A DNA stretch of 64,000 bases. It comes from an uncultured Acidobacteriaceae bacterium. Its GTDB lineage: Bacteria > Acidobacteriota > Terriglobia > Terriglobales > Acidobacteriaceae. Made by a program: the position numbers and the translations under genes. The notes under the pieces are model-generated. The model was not told the origin of the DNA and did no database searches. It worked only from the letters and a program-made list of their open reading frames with translations. The stretch's first letter is position 1, and each line of letters opens with the position of its first letter. The DNA is taken from NCBI GenBank assembly GCA_963709045.1, contig CAVPUX010000003.1, forward strand, positions 8,065-72,064, given 5' to 3'. This document shows, one piece after another, positions 1-9,280 of this stretch.

Positions 1-1178
1 CGCGCCACGCGTGCCCGCTCCACTGCCCCGGCACGAGAACGAAACCGGCGAAAAAGATAAACCGAATACAGGCCGGGTCCCACTTGGCGCAGGATGTTTT
101 GCGCTAAACGAAGTTCACGTTCACGGCGACGCCCAACATAGGCGTTGACCACCACAAACCGGCCCGTCCAATCCCGTCCCATCTCATGGCTTACCACCAG
201 AACCGAGCGAGCGCCGGGAATCGGCATCTGCAAGTGTTGGAGCTGAGACGACTCCAGCCGTCGTCCCTCGTCGTCCAAAGCGGCAATCTGGTATCCCGGC
301 CTCCGGCGCGTGGCCCACATGTAGAAAGTGTGGGGGTAGCCGCTCATCAGTTCTGACCCAGCCTGCGAAGGAGCAAGCTCTCGAACCTCAGCGAGGTGCT
401 CCGGAGAGGTTGTAGTCACCCATTTAAATGCCCGCCCAGTGCTGCCCTGAAAGACGACTTCATATACTTCCTTGCTATGAAAGACGCGCCCCAGCTCAAT
501 CATAGTGTCTTGCAGAGCCACAGCAAAGCGACTGCCAATACGGGCCAGCGATAAGAGCCGATTGGTAAGATCGATCTCGCCTCGCAGTTCCTTCTCTCCT
601 TCGGCGAGAAAGCCGAGGAGAAATCCGGTGATCAAAAGAAAACCGCAGCGCATGACGACTCGCTGCGCATCCAATCGCGTGAACATCACGCGTTGCAGCA
701 GGGACGGTCCATACCTCACTACCGCCGCTTGAAACAGCAGCACCCCCGCGCTGATTACTGCCGTGGCCATGGTTTCGGTGAAACCCCAGCGAAAGGCGGC
801 GGCCAGCATTGCGAAAAGGAAAAAAACAAAAAAGATGCTGTTCGGCGGGTCGGTAAAAAGACATAGCAGCAATGGCCACAGGATGTCGCTGATCTGGGAC
901 CACACTACGAAGTCTCGGGTTGGCGTCCGTTGTATCCGGAGCAGCATCAGCAGCCCGAGACTATGGATGATGTAGGCTAACAGGAGAAATCGTCCGAAGT
1001 GATAGTACGGCCCGCTTGCGACCGGTCGGGTCAGCCAGGCTGTGAGCGAGATGAGTGCCAGGAACAAGCGCGAAAATCCGAGCACACGCTCCACACGGCC
1101 GTCTTCGTACCGGCGGCCGGAACCCCGGAGCCGGGAGAGGAATCTGCGAGTAGACGGACCTGGAGACAGAGGCAGCAA
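1..1178 (-). CDS. membrane-anchored sensor histidine kinase, N-terminal part (3' end runs off the window start)
   Basis: Open minus-strand frame absent from the ORF track because it has no stop inside the window. My translation gives 4-5 hydrophobic helices (FSRLFLALISLTAWL, LLLAYIIHSLGLLMLL, ILWPLLLCLF..FFVFFLFAMLAAAF, GFLLITGFLLGFL). A soluble segment follows, ending ...RRRERELRLAQNILRQVGPGLYSVYLFRRFRSRAGAVERARVA. That is the lead-in to a HisKA_3 H-box (ERxRIARELHD), which would lie beyond position 1. AAGGAG lies about 10 nt upstream of a TTG at 1178. Track ORFs 496-903(-), 505-732(+), 763-975(+) and 999-1400(+) are shadows of this frame. Confidence 0.6.
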   Translation of the reverse strand, partial: MLPLSPGPSTRRFLSRLRGSGRRYEDGRVERVLGFSRLFLALISLTAWLTRPVASGPYYHFGRFLLLAYIIHSLGLLMLLRIQRTPTRDFVVWSQISDILWPLLLCLFTDPPNSIFFVFFLFAMLAAAFRWGFTETMATAVISAGVLLFQAAVVRYGPSLLQRVMFTRLDAQRVVMRCGFLLITGFLLGFLAEGEKELRGEIDLTNRLLSLARIGSRFAVALQDTMIELGRVFHSKEVYEVVFQGSTGRAFKWVTTTSPEHLAEVRELAPSQAGSELMSGYPHTFYMWATRRRPGYQIAALDDEGRRLESSQLQHLQMPIPGARSVLVVSHEMGRDWTGRFVVVNAYVGRRRERELRLAQNILRQVGPGLYSVYLFRRFRSRAGAVERARVA

Positions 1179-1579
1179 CAGAAGAGAACTCCTTTACTGA
1201 ATATCTGCGGGGGGTGGCACGATTATGCCACTAAAGCGCTAAACTGCAAAACGGAAATCTTGTCGATACTCGGTAGCAGGAAACTGATACTTGGACTGGG
1301 GCGCCAGCTACATAAGGCCGAGGCAACAACTGCCCAATATGCTTCAGATGGCAGAACGTGTGCCGAATCACCCCTTTTTGTGACCCCGCTCACTGCTTAA
1401 AGTGAAGCCTTGTGACTACTTTAGAGTTGCAGAGCAAGGAGCTTTGGGCGCAAGATGGCGTCGCAAGTGCGCCATAACGGATTTTTCCACGTTTCGCCGG
1501 GACCGGAAGAATCCTACGTCCTGATGCGCACCTTCCGTGGAGAGCAACAGTTCTCCATGGCCGGAAGGAGGTAGAGACT

Positions 1580-2011
1580 ATGAACTCTAAACTGTGGTCG
1601 AAAACGCTATTTATTGCCGCCCTCATGGCGTGCATATCATCCGCTGCCTGGGGGCAGCGTGCCGCCAAGACAGGTCCCAAGTATGACAGCGCCAATGAGG
1701 TGAAGATAAAAGGCGTCGTCGTCGAGGTCCGTGAAGTTCCGGGCCAACCTGAAGGTACCCAACTCGTGGTGAAGACCGATACCAAGACCGTGTTGGTGCG
1801 CGTCGCTCCTACCGACTTCCTGAAAGAAATCGACACCACGTTCAACAAAGGGGACGAGGTGGTAGTCGTGGGTGCGAAAGCTCCGGACTCACCGGATGAA
1901 GAGATACTGGCCCGCGAGATTACCGACGGAAGTAATACGGCCACGCTGCGGGACGATAAAGGCATTCCTATCTGGGCAGGATGGAAACCATCGAAGTCCG
2001 CAGGTAAATAG
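1580..2011 (+). CDS. small exported protein, function unknown
   Basis: GGAAGGAGG RBS 7 nt before the ATG. Signal peptide LFIAALMACISSAAWG. Balanced beta-rich composition (KIKGVVVEVREVPG...VVVVGAK). Confidence 0.75.
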   Translation: MNSKLWSKTLFIAALMACISSAAWGQRAAKTGPKYDSANEVKIKGVVVEVREVPGQPEGTQLVVKTDTKTVLVRVAPTDFLKEIDTTFNKGDEVVVVGAKAPDSPDEEILAREITDGSNTATLRDDKGIPIWAGWKPSKSAGK

Positions 2012-2140
2012 AAATCGCTGGGCCTTGAATGCCGCTCGCTTGGCGGGTAATTCGCCGGCCAACACGCAAATTGCGTTTTCGTCGTGCTCAACAAATGGAT
2101 GGAGGGTGATTCCTCAGCCCCTTTTTCTCCAGTGGGCGGC

Positions 2141-2782
2141 CTATCTTTCCACCCGCACGAACTTTCCACTCGTGGCATCCACGGCAATCCGCAACTTGGC
2201 CTCATCCTGGCTGTTTCCGTAAATAACATGCCAGAGCAACTGGTTCTTCGAGGCATCCCAGTCCAGAATGAAGAAAATCGGTTGCTTGGGATCCTTATGC
2301 GTGAGCTTTTCGCCGCCGTTCGTTTGCGCGACCTCATAGGCCTTATCGCTGTCCACCCTAAGAAATCCAATATCGAATACCTGCGTCGATGCGTTGTTTG
2401 GATTCCAAGTGTCTTCGGCGGAAAAACTGACACCCGGTTCCGGAGTGTCAGGTCCGACTAATCCCGACCAGACAAATAATTTCATCGAGCGCTTAGCTGG
2501 AGAGGCAAATGACGCACGCCACAGGCCGCTCTTGCCTTCATTGGTCGGGGCATCGGCTGTAAATTGCGACTGCAATCGGAAGGGTTTCACGTCCGCTGCC
2601 CATCCCCTCGCGGACAGATACAGCTTCTGGAAGGCCGCACGTCCGGTTTCGTACTCGGCTTGTGTCGCGACGGGCTTAGCTGGCGGATGTGGCGGTTCAT
2701 TGCTGCTGCCGGTCTTGGTGCCTGACGAACAGGCCGCCAGCAGACATAGCAGCGCGAAGCAGGGGACGACGATCTTTCTCAT
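2141..2782 (-). CDS. lipoprotein, function unknown
   Basis: 213-aa ORF with lipobox LLAAC-SSG after a hydrophobic N-terminus. Confidence 0.8.
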   Translation of the reverse strand: MRKIVVPCFALLCLLAACSSGTKTGSSNEPPHPPAKPVATQAEYETGRAAFQKLYLSARGWAADVKPFRLQSQFTADAPTNEGKSGLWRASFASPAKRSMKLFVWSGLVGPDTPEPGVSFSAEDTWNPNNASTQVFDIGFLRVDSDKAYEVAQTNGGEKLTHKDPKQPIFFILDWDASKNQLLWHVIYGNSQDEAKLRIAVDATSGKFVRVER

Positions 2783-2800
2783 GCGGTCCTTAGGGTAGTA

Positions 2801-2975
2801 ATTAGCTTTTAGTGTCAGCTCTCAGCTCTCAGCCTCCCATCAGCCATCAGCCATCAGCCATCAGCCATCAGCCATCAGCCATCAGCCTCTACAGCGGATG
2901 CATTTCTTCGGGCAGCGAGTTGCTAGAGTTTGCTCCGCCCACTAAGAGCTAAAGGCTAACAGCTATGGCTAAGTG
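2801..2975. repeat. heptad-periodic (7-nt) inverted-repeat hairpin containing 7 perfect CATCAGC units (2838-2886)
   Basis: Left arm is attagct tttagtg tcagctc tcagctc tcagcct, then 7x CATCAGC. Loop is about 50 nt. Right arm (2941-2975, ctaagag ctaaagg ctaacag ctatggc taag) is the GCTAA-type complement of the TTAGC/TCAGC-type left arm. Confidence 0.9.
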
Positions 2976-2985
2976 CAATTGCTCC

Positions 2986-3366
2986 TCAATACGCCAGCAG
3001 CGCGACACCCGCCGCTACAAACACGGCGGCGAGCCAGCGGCGACGATCCACGCGCTCCTTCAAAAATACTCGCGCCGCAAAAGCGTTGGCGATGAAAGTC
3101 AGCGATGCAGATGCCGGTCCTACGATACTGACATCGGCCCACGACAGTGTCACCAGCAGACCGGCAAACGCCAACGCCATAAACAGCAATCCGAACATGA
3201 ATTTGGGACTGGCAACAACGCGCCTTACTGCTTGGAAGAAGCCCTGTGATCTGCGCACCGCGCCCAAGTCACCAATCTCCTTCATCGCGCTGGCTTGCAA
3301 TACATCGCCGCAGGTAGCAGCAACGACGATTGCCGCAATTCCGGCCCACATAGTAGCGCTCGTCAT
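2986..3366 (-). CDS. EamA-like (DMT superfamily) half-size membrane protein
   Basis: Internal Met 132 of track ORF 2986-3759 gives MTSATMWAGIAAIVVAATCGDVLQ...LSWADVSIVGPASASLTF...RRRWLAAVFVAAGVALLAY, about 4 TM helices. Its ATG overlaps the upstream stop as ATGA (3363-3366). The N-terminal 131 aa of the listed ORF are out-of-frame shadow. Confidence 0.7.
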   Translation of the reverse strand: MTSATMWAGIAAIVVAATCGDVLQASAMKEIGDLGAVRRSQGFFQAVRRVVASPKFMFGLLFMALAFAGLLVTLSWADVSIVGPASASLTFIANAFAARVFLKERVDRRRWLAAVFVAAGVALLAY

Positions 3367-3821
3367 CCATCCCTCCTGCCGCCCGATGCCACGGTATGCT
3401 GTCGCCCGCGCGATTCTCGGTCTGGAGAGCGCTCGACGGCGTCCGCGTGTGTGAGTGCTGGGCCACCTGCTACGAAGCCAACGCCCGCGGTGATAAGCGC
3501 GATTCCCAGCCAGCGCCAAATGCTGACGGTTTCGTGCAGGAAGAACTTGCCAAGCAGGGCCATCAGCACATAGCTTAAGGCGGTGGCCGGAAGCACATAG
3601 GTCAGGTCCGCCCAGGAGAGTGCTGTGAGGTAGCTTGCCAGGAACAACAACAGCAGGCAGATGCCTACCACGATCCACGGATTCCACAGGGAGGCGAGCA
3701 GGTGGTCCCAGTTTGCCGACGTTACCGGGCCGAAGTCTTTCATTCCCCGCGCCAGGCAAACATCACCACAGGAGGCGAAGATCGCGACCAGCAAGAGGAC
3801 AAGATACTTGCGAAGGGTCAC
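3363..3821 (-). CDS. EamA-like (DMT superfamily) half-size membrane protein
   Basis: MTLRKYLVLLLVAIFASCGDVCLARGMK...LSWADLTYVLPATALSYVLMALLGKFFLHE...WRWLGIALITAGVGFVAG. Paralogous to the downstream ORF (same GDV..., LSWAD..., WRW motifs). Confidence 0.7.
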   Translation of the reverse strand: MTLRKYLVLLLVAIFASCGDVCLARGMKDFGPVTSANWDHLLASLWNPWIVVGICLLLLFLASYLTALSWADLTYVLPATALSYVLMALLGKFFLHETVSIWRWLGIALITAGVGFVAGGPALTHADAVERSPDRESRGRQHTVASGGRRDG

Positions 3822-3829
3822 GCCAACCT

Positions 3830-5368
3830 CTAGGCGTTGACCGGTTCAACCGTTTCAGATTTCGCGCCGCTATCCGACGGTTCCATCGGAGGCGCAGGAG
3901 AGTCCATATTACCCGGATGGCTACGCGACTCTTTTACGGAACGGTTACGCGCAGCGCGCAACTTGAGAAATGACTTTGCTTCAGTGTAGAGGCGCTTTCG
4001 GTCGGTAGAGTTGAATGCCGCCCTCTTCACGATACGGAAAATTGCCTTGGGGCGGAAGTAGTACTCGTCGTAGAAGCGGTGCACCATTTCCAGGATGTAG
4101 TCGCGAGATATCCCCGGATACTCAATCATGGCGACTTGGTGGCCCATGGCGTCAACCATCTGAGCGCCTTCTGCTTTGAGGAAGCCGTTCGCCTTGGCGA
4201 AATCGTAGAGCTCGGTTCCGGGATACGCATGCGCCAGCGATACCTGGATGGTCTCGACATCCAGCTCTTTCGCAAAATCGATGGTGCGTCGAATAGTCTC
4301 TTTGGTTTCGCCTGGCAGACCGAGGATGAAGTCGCCGTGCACCACCAGGCCGAGCTTCTTGCAATCCCGCGTGAAGTCTCGCGCCCGTTCGACAGTCGCG
4401 CCCTTCTTGATGTTCTTCAGGATTTGCTGATCACCTGATTCATAGCCGACAATCAACAGCCGGCAGCCCGCCTCTTTCATTGCCTTCAACGTCTCGTAAT
4501 CGGTGGTCACGCGTGAGGTGCAAGACCAGGTCAGGTTCAACGGCTTCAGCTTTGTGCACAGCTCAATGGTGCGCGCCTTCTGAATGTTGAAGGTGTCATC
4601 GTCAAAGAAAAATTCCTTCACCCAGGGCCAATATTCCTTGGCCTTCGCCATTTCTGCGGCTACTGCATCTGTCGAGCGCTTGCGCCATGGGTGTCCACTG
4701 AGCGTTTGCGGCCACAAGCAGAATGTGCACTGCGCCGGGCAGCCGCGCGTGGTGTAGAGCGAGACGAACGGATAAAGCAGAAACGGCACGTTGTAGCGGC
4801 GAGGATCGATGTCGCGCTTATACACGTCCACTACGTCGGGCAGGGCGTCGAGGTCCGCCACCGCCGGACGGTCGGCGTTGTGCAGTATCTGACCGGTCGG
4901 GCCACGATAGGAAACGCCCAGGATCTCGTTCAACGGCTTACCGTTAGCATATTCGACCACGGCATAATCGAACTCGCGCCGAACGATGAAATCGATTGCC
5001 TGGCCGTCCTTTAGGGAAGCCTCAGGCAACGTGGTGACGTGCGGTCCTACGAAAGCGATCTTCAGCTTGGGATTGGCTGCTTTCATGGCAGCTGCCAGCT
5101 TGATGTCGCCCTGAAAACCGGGGGTGCTGGTAAACAGCACCAGGAATTCGTAATCCCTTCCGATTTGAATGGTCTCTTGCGCGTTCACCTTGTGAGGGGA
5201 AGCATCGAGCAGACGTGAGCCTTCCAACATGCCCGCTGGATACGCCAGCCAGACCGGGTACCAATAGGACTCGATCTCGCGGGTTGCGGGCCATCGGGAA
5301 CTGGCGCCACCGTCATAGTTTTCAAACGAGGGAGGATTCAAAAATAGAGTTTTCAGAGGCATAGGCAT
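3830..5368 (-). CDS. hpnJ: B12-binding-domain radical SAM enzyme, HpnJ-like (hopanoid-biosynthesis-associated)
   Basis: 512 aa. N-terminus KTLFLNPPSFENYDGGASSRWPATREIESYWYPVWLAYPA, radical-SAM cluster TTRGCPAQCTFCLWP, then VGYESGDQQILKNIKKG and IQVSLAHAYPGTELY. This matches my memory of the HpnJ family (TIGR03471-type). No search was run. Confidence 0.7.
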   Translation of the reverse strand: MPMPLKTLFLNPPSFENYDGGASSRWPATREIESYWYPVWLAYPAGMLEGSRLLDASPHKVNAQETIQIGRDYEFLVLFTSTPGFQGDIKLAAAMKAANPKLKIAFVGPHVTTLPEASLKDGQAIDFIVRREFDYAVVEYANGKPLNEILGVSYRGPTGQILHNADRPAVADLDALPDVVDVYKRDIDPRRYNVPFLLYPFVSLYTTRGCPAQCTFCLWPQTLSGHPWRKRSTDAVAAEMAKAKEYWPWVKEFFFDDDTFNIQKARTIELCTKLKPLNLTWSCTSRVTTDYETLKAMKEAGCRLLIVGYESGDQQILKNIKKGATVERARDFTRDCKKLGLVVHGDFILGLPGETKETIRRTIDFAKELDVETIQVSLAHAYPGTELYDFAKANGFLKAEGAQMVDAMGHQVAMIEYPGISRDYILEMVHRFYDEYYFRPKAIFRIVKRAAFNSTDRKRLYTEAKSFLKLRAARNRSVKESRSHPGNMDSPAPPMEPSDSGAKSETVEPVNA

Positions 5369-5477
5369 AACTATCGTATCATCTGTCTCCGTCTGTCAGA
5401 ACTTCTTGGCTATGTTCCAGTTAGATACGTTTGCATGCCAGCCGGATGCATTTCATTGGCAGGTAGCGAACGGTTGA

Positions 5478-6830
5478 TTAGTGGGATGGAATGGCCCAAT
5501 TTTCCAATTGTCCGGTAAGGCGAAGCAGTTGCAGTTCGGCCCGGCTGAGTTCGAGTTCAGCATCAAAATAGGCTGCGTGCTTGTCTTCGGAGTCGAGGTG
5601 GGCGTTCTGCTGGTCGCGAAGATTGGCATTACCGGTCCCAACCCGTGACTTCACGGCCTCCAAGTCTCCCTGAGCAACTTCCCATTCCAATTTGGCCACG
5701 TCTCGTGCTGCCGCCAGTTGCCGTAACGATCTCTGCAGCTTCAAGGCATCTTCGCTGACCTGATTTTTCGTAAGCTCCATCTGCTTTTCCGCGATTAACG
5801 CATCGGCGTCGGCTTGCTCTGCCTTGGCCTTCTGCACGGAGTTGAAGATGGGGAACCTGACATTCAGTCCGCCGCTGAAATTGTTGGCAGTGTAGTTTCG
5901 ATAGTAGAGATCGTAATTGTTGTATTTGGCGAGATAGGCGTACTGCGACGCCAAATCGATGGTGGGCCATTTTAGCGCTTTGTGCTCGCCGATGGCCCTT
6001 GTCTGTGCGGACGCCACCTTTTGTTCCGCCTGTTTCACGGCGAGACTATTTTCCACGGCACGGGCTGGCAAATCTTCATCTTGCGAAATCACCGGCAGCT
6101 CCGGCATCGATCCCGGATCCACTACGATGGCGCTCGCCGATAAACCCAACAGCGCAGCCAAATGTTCGCGGAGTACGTCAGCTTGCGCTTGCGCCTCGGC
6201 AATTCTCAACCGGATACGAGCTGCCACCAACTGGCTCTTGGTGAGGTCGAGCTTGCTGTCCACGCCTTGTTGCAGGCGCTGCTGGGTCACAAACTCCGCA
6301 TTGTCGGCCGCGCTTTGCGCTTCACCTAAAACTTTAAGCTTGCCGGTGAGTTGGTCGAGTTGTTCATAGGTTAGTGCCGTGTCCAGAATCACGGCGTCCC
6401 GCTTGTCTTGCACGTCCAGGGAGGTCGCATTCCAGTCGATCTTCGCCGCCTTGAGGAATTGCCGCAGGGAAGGATTGAAGAATGACTGGACGGAGTTGAA
6501 GTTCACCACCGAGGGCGCCGAGCCTTCCAAAGTGAGCGGAAATCCGTAAGAGTAACCGAGGCCGGAGCCGATTGTGAGCTGCGGAATGTAGTTTGCCCTT
6601 ACTTCCTCATAGGCCTTACGCGCTCGCCACTGGTTGATCGTGGCGATGCCCATGACTCCGCTGTGCTGCAATGCGAGGTCGACTGCATTGCGGAAGGGAA
6701 TCGGCTCTGGGGTCGCAGTATCGGCTGCAGTGCCAGCCGTGCAAGAAAGGACGAGCAGACCAGCGAGAGCGGCCACCCTCACAGCACAATCAACCCGAGT
6801 CATTCTAAAACGGCGGGGCCTTGGGGGCAT
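5478..6830 (-). CDS. TolC-family outer-membrane efflux protein
   Basis: 450 aa with a signal peptide and two coiled-coil/beta repeats. N-terminal FRNAVDLALQHS...ARKAYEEVRANYIPQL is typical of OEP/TolC. Alternative start is Met10 (6803). Confidence 0.85.
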   Translation of the reverse strand: MPPRPRRFRMTRVDCAVRVAALAGLLVLSCTAGTAADTATPEPIPFRNAVDLALQHSGVMGIATINQWRARKAYEEVRANYIPQLTIGSGLGYSYGFPLTLEGSAPSVVNFNSVQSFFNPSLRQFLKAAKIDWNATSLDVQDKRDAVILDTALTYEQLDQLTGKLKVLGEAQSAADNAEFVTQQRLQQGVDSKLDLTKSQLVAARIRLRIAEAQAQADVLREHLAALLGLSASAIVVDPGSMPELPVISQDEDLPARAVENSLAVKQAEQKVASAQTRAIGEHKALKWPTIDLASQYAYLAKYNNYDLYYRNYTANNFSGGLNVRFPIFNSVQKAKAEQADADALIAEKQMELTKNQVSEDALKLQRSLRQLAAARDVAKLEWEVAQGDLEAVKSRVGTGNANLRDQQNAHLDSEDKHAAYFDAELELSRAELQLLRLTGQLENWAIPSH

Positions 6831-6868
6831 CCTTGCTCTACCTGGTGAAGCGATTTGAAGATATCCGG

Positions 6869-7819
6869 CTACTGCTGCCGGCCAAGAGCTTTTCGCGCGC
6901 GGTCAAAACCGGACGCAAGAGCGAGCGACGCCTCATATTCCGAGTTGGCGGCTGAACCACGACCCATCTTCTCGTAGACCTGACCCAAGAGGTAATGAGC
7001 GCGGAAAGCCGGTGCATTTTCTACCAGCCCGCCGGAATCGAGATACTGCTGTAAATATTGCACCGCCTCCGGAAAGTCCCGGCCGCTCAGGTACAGCTCA
7101 TTGGCAGCGTCAAAATAGTTCTCCGCACTGCGACTCGGCTGTGTCATGGCCGTCAGAACGCTCTTCTGTGCGTCGTCATAGCGTCCTCGCAGGCGGTAAT
7201 AATCGGCTAATCGCAACCAGTAGGTTGCAGGATTACGTGCTTCCTCAATAGCGCTGTGGAACTCGCTCTCAGCCTCATCGTACCGTTTTTCCTTGGCAGC
7301 AACCTGCGCCAGGATCAAATGTGCCTCGGCAGCGTTGTATTTGCTGATCTCCGCCGCTTGATCACGCGCCTTGTCGAGTCCGCCACCCATGATCGCCGGA
7401 GCTTGCGTGTAGTACTGGGAAAGATCGCTGCGGGCCTCGACGTTCGCAGGCGCCAGTTGGACTGCGCGCTCAAATTCATTCTTCGCCTTGCGCGCGAGTC
7501 CCGCCGCAGCCAGCGGTTTCGCATCCCCCGCCTTCCTGCCATACGCTCGCGCCAGCCAAAGGTGATAGCTGGCGTCCTGGGGCCGCTCAGCTACTGCACG
7601 TTCCCCCCACTTCACCGCGTCGTCCCAGCGCTCCATGGCATAGTAGGCGCGAGACAGCAAGTTGAACGACTCCGCATCATCCCGATTGCTTAGCACGCTG
7701 ATGGCGTCATTCATGCGACCCAGTGATAGTAACTGCACCGGTGCCGGATCAGCGACGCCGAGGGTGGGAACCATCAGCAGCAGAATCACAATGAGAAATT
7801 TTGAATAGCAAAACTTCAT
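6869..7819 (-). CDS. exported tetratricopeptide-repeat protein
   Basis: Signal peptide FLIVILLLMVPTLGVA. Repeated A..Y..LG/A..A...F..A TPR pattern throughout. Its start overlaps the upstream stop (ATGA at 7816-7819). Confidence 0.8.
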   Translation of the reverse strand: MKFCYSKFLIVILLLMVPTLGVADPAPVQLLSLGRMNDAISVLSNRDDAESFNLLSRAYYAMERWDDAVKWGERAVAERPQDASYHLWLARAYGRKAGDAKPLAAAGLARKAKNEFERAVQLAPANVEARSDLSQYYTQAPAIMGGGLDKARDQAAEISKYNAAEAHLILAQVAAKEKRYDEAESEFHSAIEEARNPATYWLRLADYYRLRGRYDDAQKSVLTAMTQPSRSAENYFDAANELYLSGRDFPEAVQYLQQYLDSGGLVENAPAFRAHYLLGQVYEKMGRGSAANSEYEASLALASGFDRARKALGRQQ

Positions 7820-9075
7820 GGATTAGCGATTTTCACTGGCATCCCCTCTCGCAGGGACTGCATGTTGATAGCCCCCAACGCCAGCACCGCATTGTCGGTG
7901 AGGCCGCTGGTGACTTGAATTCGCGTGAGGTTAGCGACTGAGGTCTTCACATCACGTCGCTGCAACTCCCCGTTTACCACCTGGAAGACAAATTGACCTT
8001 GAACGTCCTGATGCACCGCCTCGCGAGGTACGGTTAGCGCGTTTTGCTGCCTTGCAATGACGACAGCGACGCTAATGTTCGTGTTGGGCAGAAGTTTGAG
8101 GTCGTCGTTCTCCACAACGCAGGTCACTTCGCCAACCATTCGCGTCCCGCGCTGAACCACGGTTGTCGGCAGGGCGTCAACCGTGCCTTGCCAAACCCGT
8201 CCAGGGATGGCGTCCCAGGTGACCTCGACCAATTGCCCCTTGCGAAGTTTGCCGATCTCAGGTTCATCCACGAAGGCGCGCACTCGCACCTTGTGAAGAT
8301 CGGCAACCTGTACCAGCAGATCTCCAGAGTTGACAAATGCACCTTGCCGCACCGGCAGCGAATACACCATTCCCGCGCGAGGTGCAACCACGTTGGAATT
8401 CTTCAGCAACTCCTGGGCCGCGGCAAGGGAAGCGCGCGCTTCCGTCTCCTGCGCCTCGACGTGGCCAACCTCTTGCTTTGAGTAGCGTCCGGTCAGTTTT
8501 TGCTGCAGCATTTCCACGTTGGCTTCGGCAATGCGCAACTTGTTTTGCGCGGCATCCACTTCGGCCTGGGATGCGGCTCCGGTCTTTAGCAAATGCTGCA
8601 TGGCTTCCAGATTCCGTTGTGCCGCATCGCGATCAGCTTGGGCCTTCACCAAGGTATTGCGCGTTGTTAACAATTCGTCCTTGGTGCCACCATTCTCTAC
8701 CGTGTTAAGGTCGGCTTGGGCGCCCCTTAATTGCGCTTCGGCTCGCGCCGCTTGCGACCGCGCGTTAGCGTCTTCGAGTTGCAGAAGTATTTGGCCCGGC
8801 TTCACCCATGAACCCTGCTGAACATAGATTTTCTTTACCGTGGTGGCCATGGGAGCGTAGGCTTCGAAGTTATTCAGGGCCTCGATCTTGCCATTGGTGG
8901 CAATGCTCTCCGTGATGGTTTCGCGGTCCACGCGACCCACCCGAATAGGCACCTGAGAACGGTGCAGCGAGATGAAGGCCGCCAGCACCACCACGGCTAA
9001 GATCAGGCCCGCGAGGATGATCCAAGTCCGCCTCACGTGCGCATGGGGATAGCCGTTCTCATTTGCAGGTGCCAT
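7816..9075 (-). CDS. HlyD-family periplasmic adaptor (membrane fusion protein)
   Basis: N-terminal TM anchor WIILAGLILAVVVLAAFI, lipoyl-like GSWVKPGQILLQLE, a long alpha-hairpin (AQAD...AQRNLEA...) and beta-barrel segments. Confidence 0.85.
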   Translation of the reverse strand: MAPANENGYPHAHVRRTWIILAGLILAVVVLAAFISLHRSQVPIRVGRVDRETITESIATNGKIEALNNFEAYAPMATTVKKIYVQQGSWVKPGQILLQLEDANARSQAARAEAQLRGAQADLNTVENGGTKDELLTTRNTLVKAQADRDAAQRNLEAMQHLLKTGAASQAEVDAAQNKLRIAEANVEMLQQKLTGRYSKQEVGHVEAQETEARASLAAAQELLKNSNVVAPRAGMVYSLPVRQGAFVNSGDLLVQVADLHKVRVRAFVDEPEIGKLRKGQLVEVTWDAIPGRVWQGTVDALPTTVVQRGTRMVGEVTCVVENDDLKLLPNTNISVAVVIARQQNALTVPREAVHQDVQGQFVFQVVNGELQRRDVKTSVANLTRIQVTSGLTDNAVLALGAINMQSLREGMPVKIANP

Positions 9076-9280
9076 TCTTGCCCGAATCTATAAGTATAAC
9101 GTAGGACATAACTTCCCCAACCATGGCGGGGCTTACTGGCAAGGTGCGGAAGCATTGGCTGTGCCTTCTTAATCTGATGTCCGAGCTTGTCCGAAGACGC
9201 AGCACGCACAGCCTTCCTCGATTCGGACTCGCGATCCCCCGTCGCGATAGCGCAGTACATGTCGCTACAATGGGTCCATC

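Noticed and set aside
496-1400. Four listed ORFs (496-903-, 505-732+, 763-975+, 999-1400+)
   Set aside because: All overlap a single long open minus-strand frame (1-1178) that encodes a membrane histidine-kinase N-terminus. Their translations are Arg/Pro/Ser-rich nonsense.
2801-2975. CRISPR array as an explanation for the tandem repeats, here and at the other heptad loci
   Set aside because: The period is 7 nt with no spacers, the units are degenerate, and there are no cas genes. These are simple or inverted repeat arrays, not CRISPR.
2894-5456. Shared 12-mer CGGATGCATTTC at 2895-2906 and 5445-5456, both in minus-strand intergenic spacers
   Set aside because: For 64 kb on both strands, on the order of a hundred chance 12-mer matches are expected. 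There is no extended similarity around them.
9076-9280. preQ1 riboswitch upstream of queF
   Set aside because: I could not find the conserved preQ1-I/II core. Only a small hairpin (tcgcgatcccccgtcgcga) and a TACAAT-like hexamer are present. A covariance-model scan would be needed to be sure.
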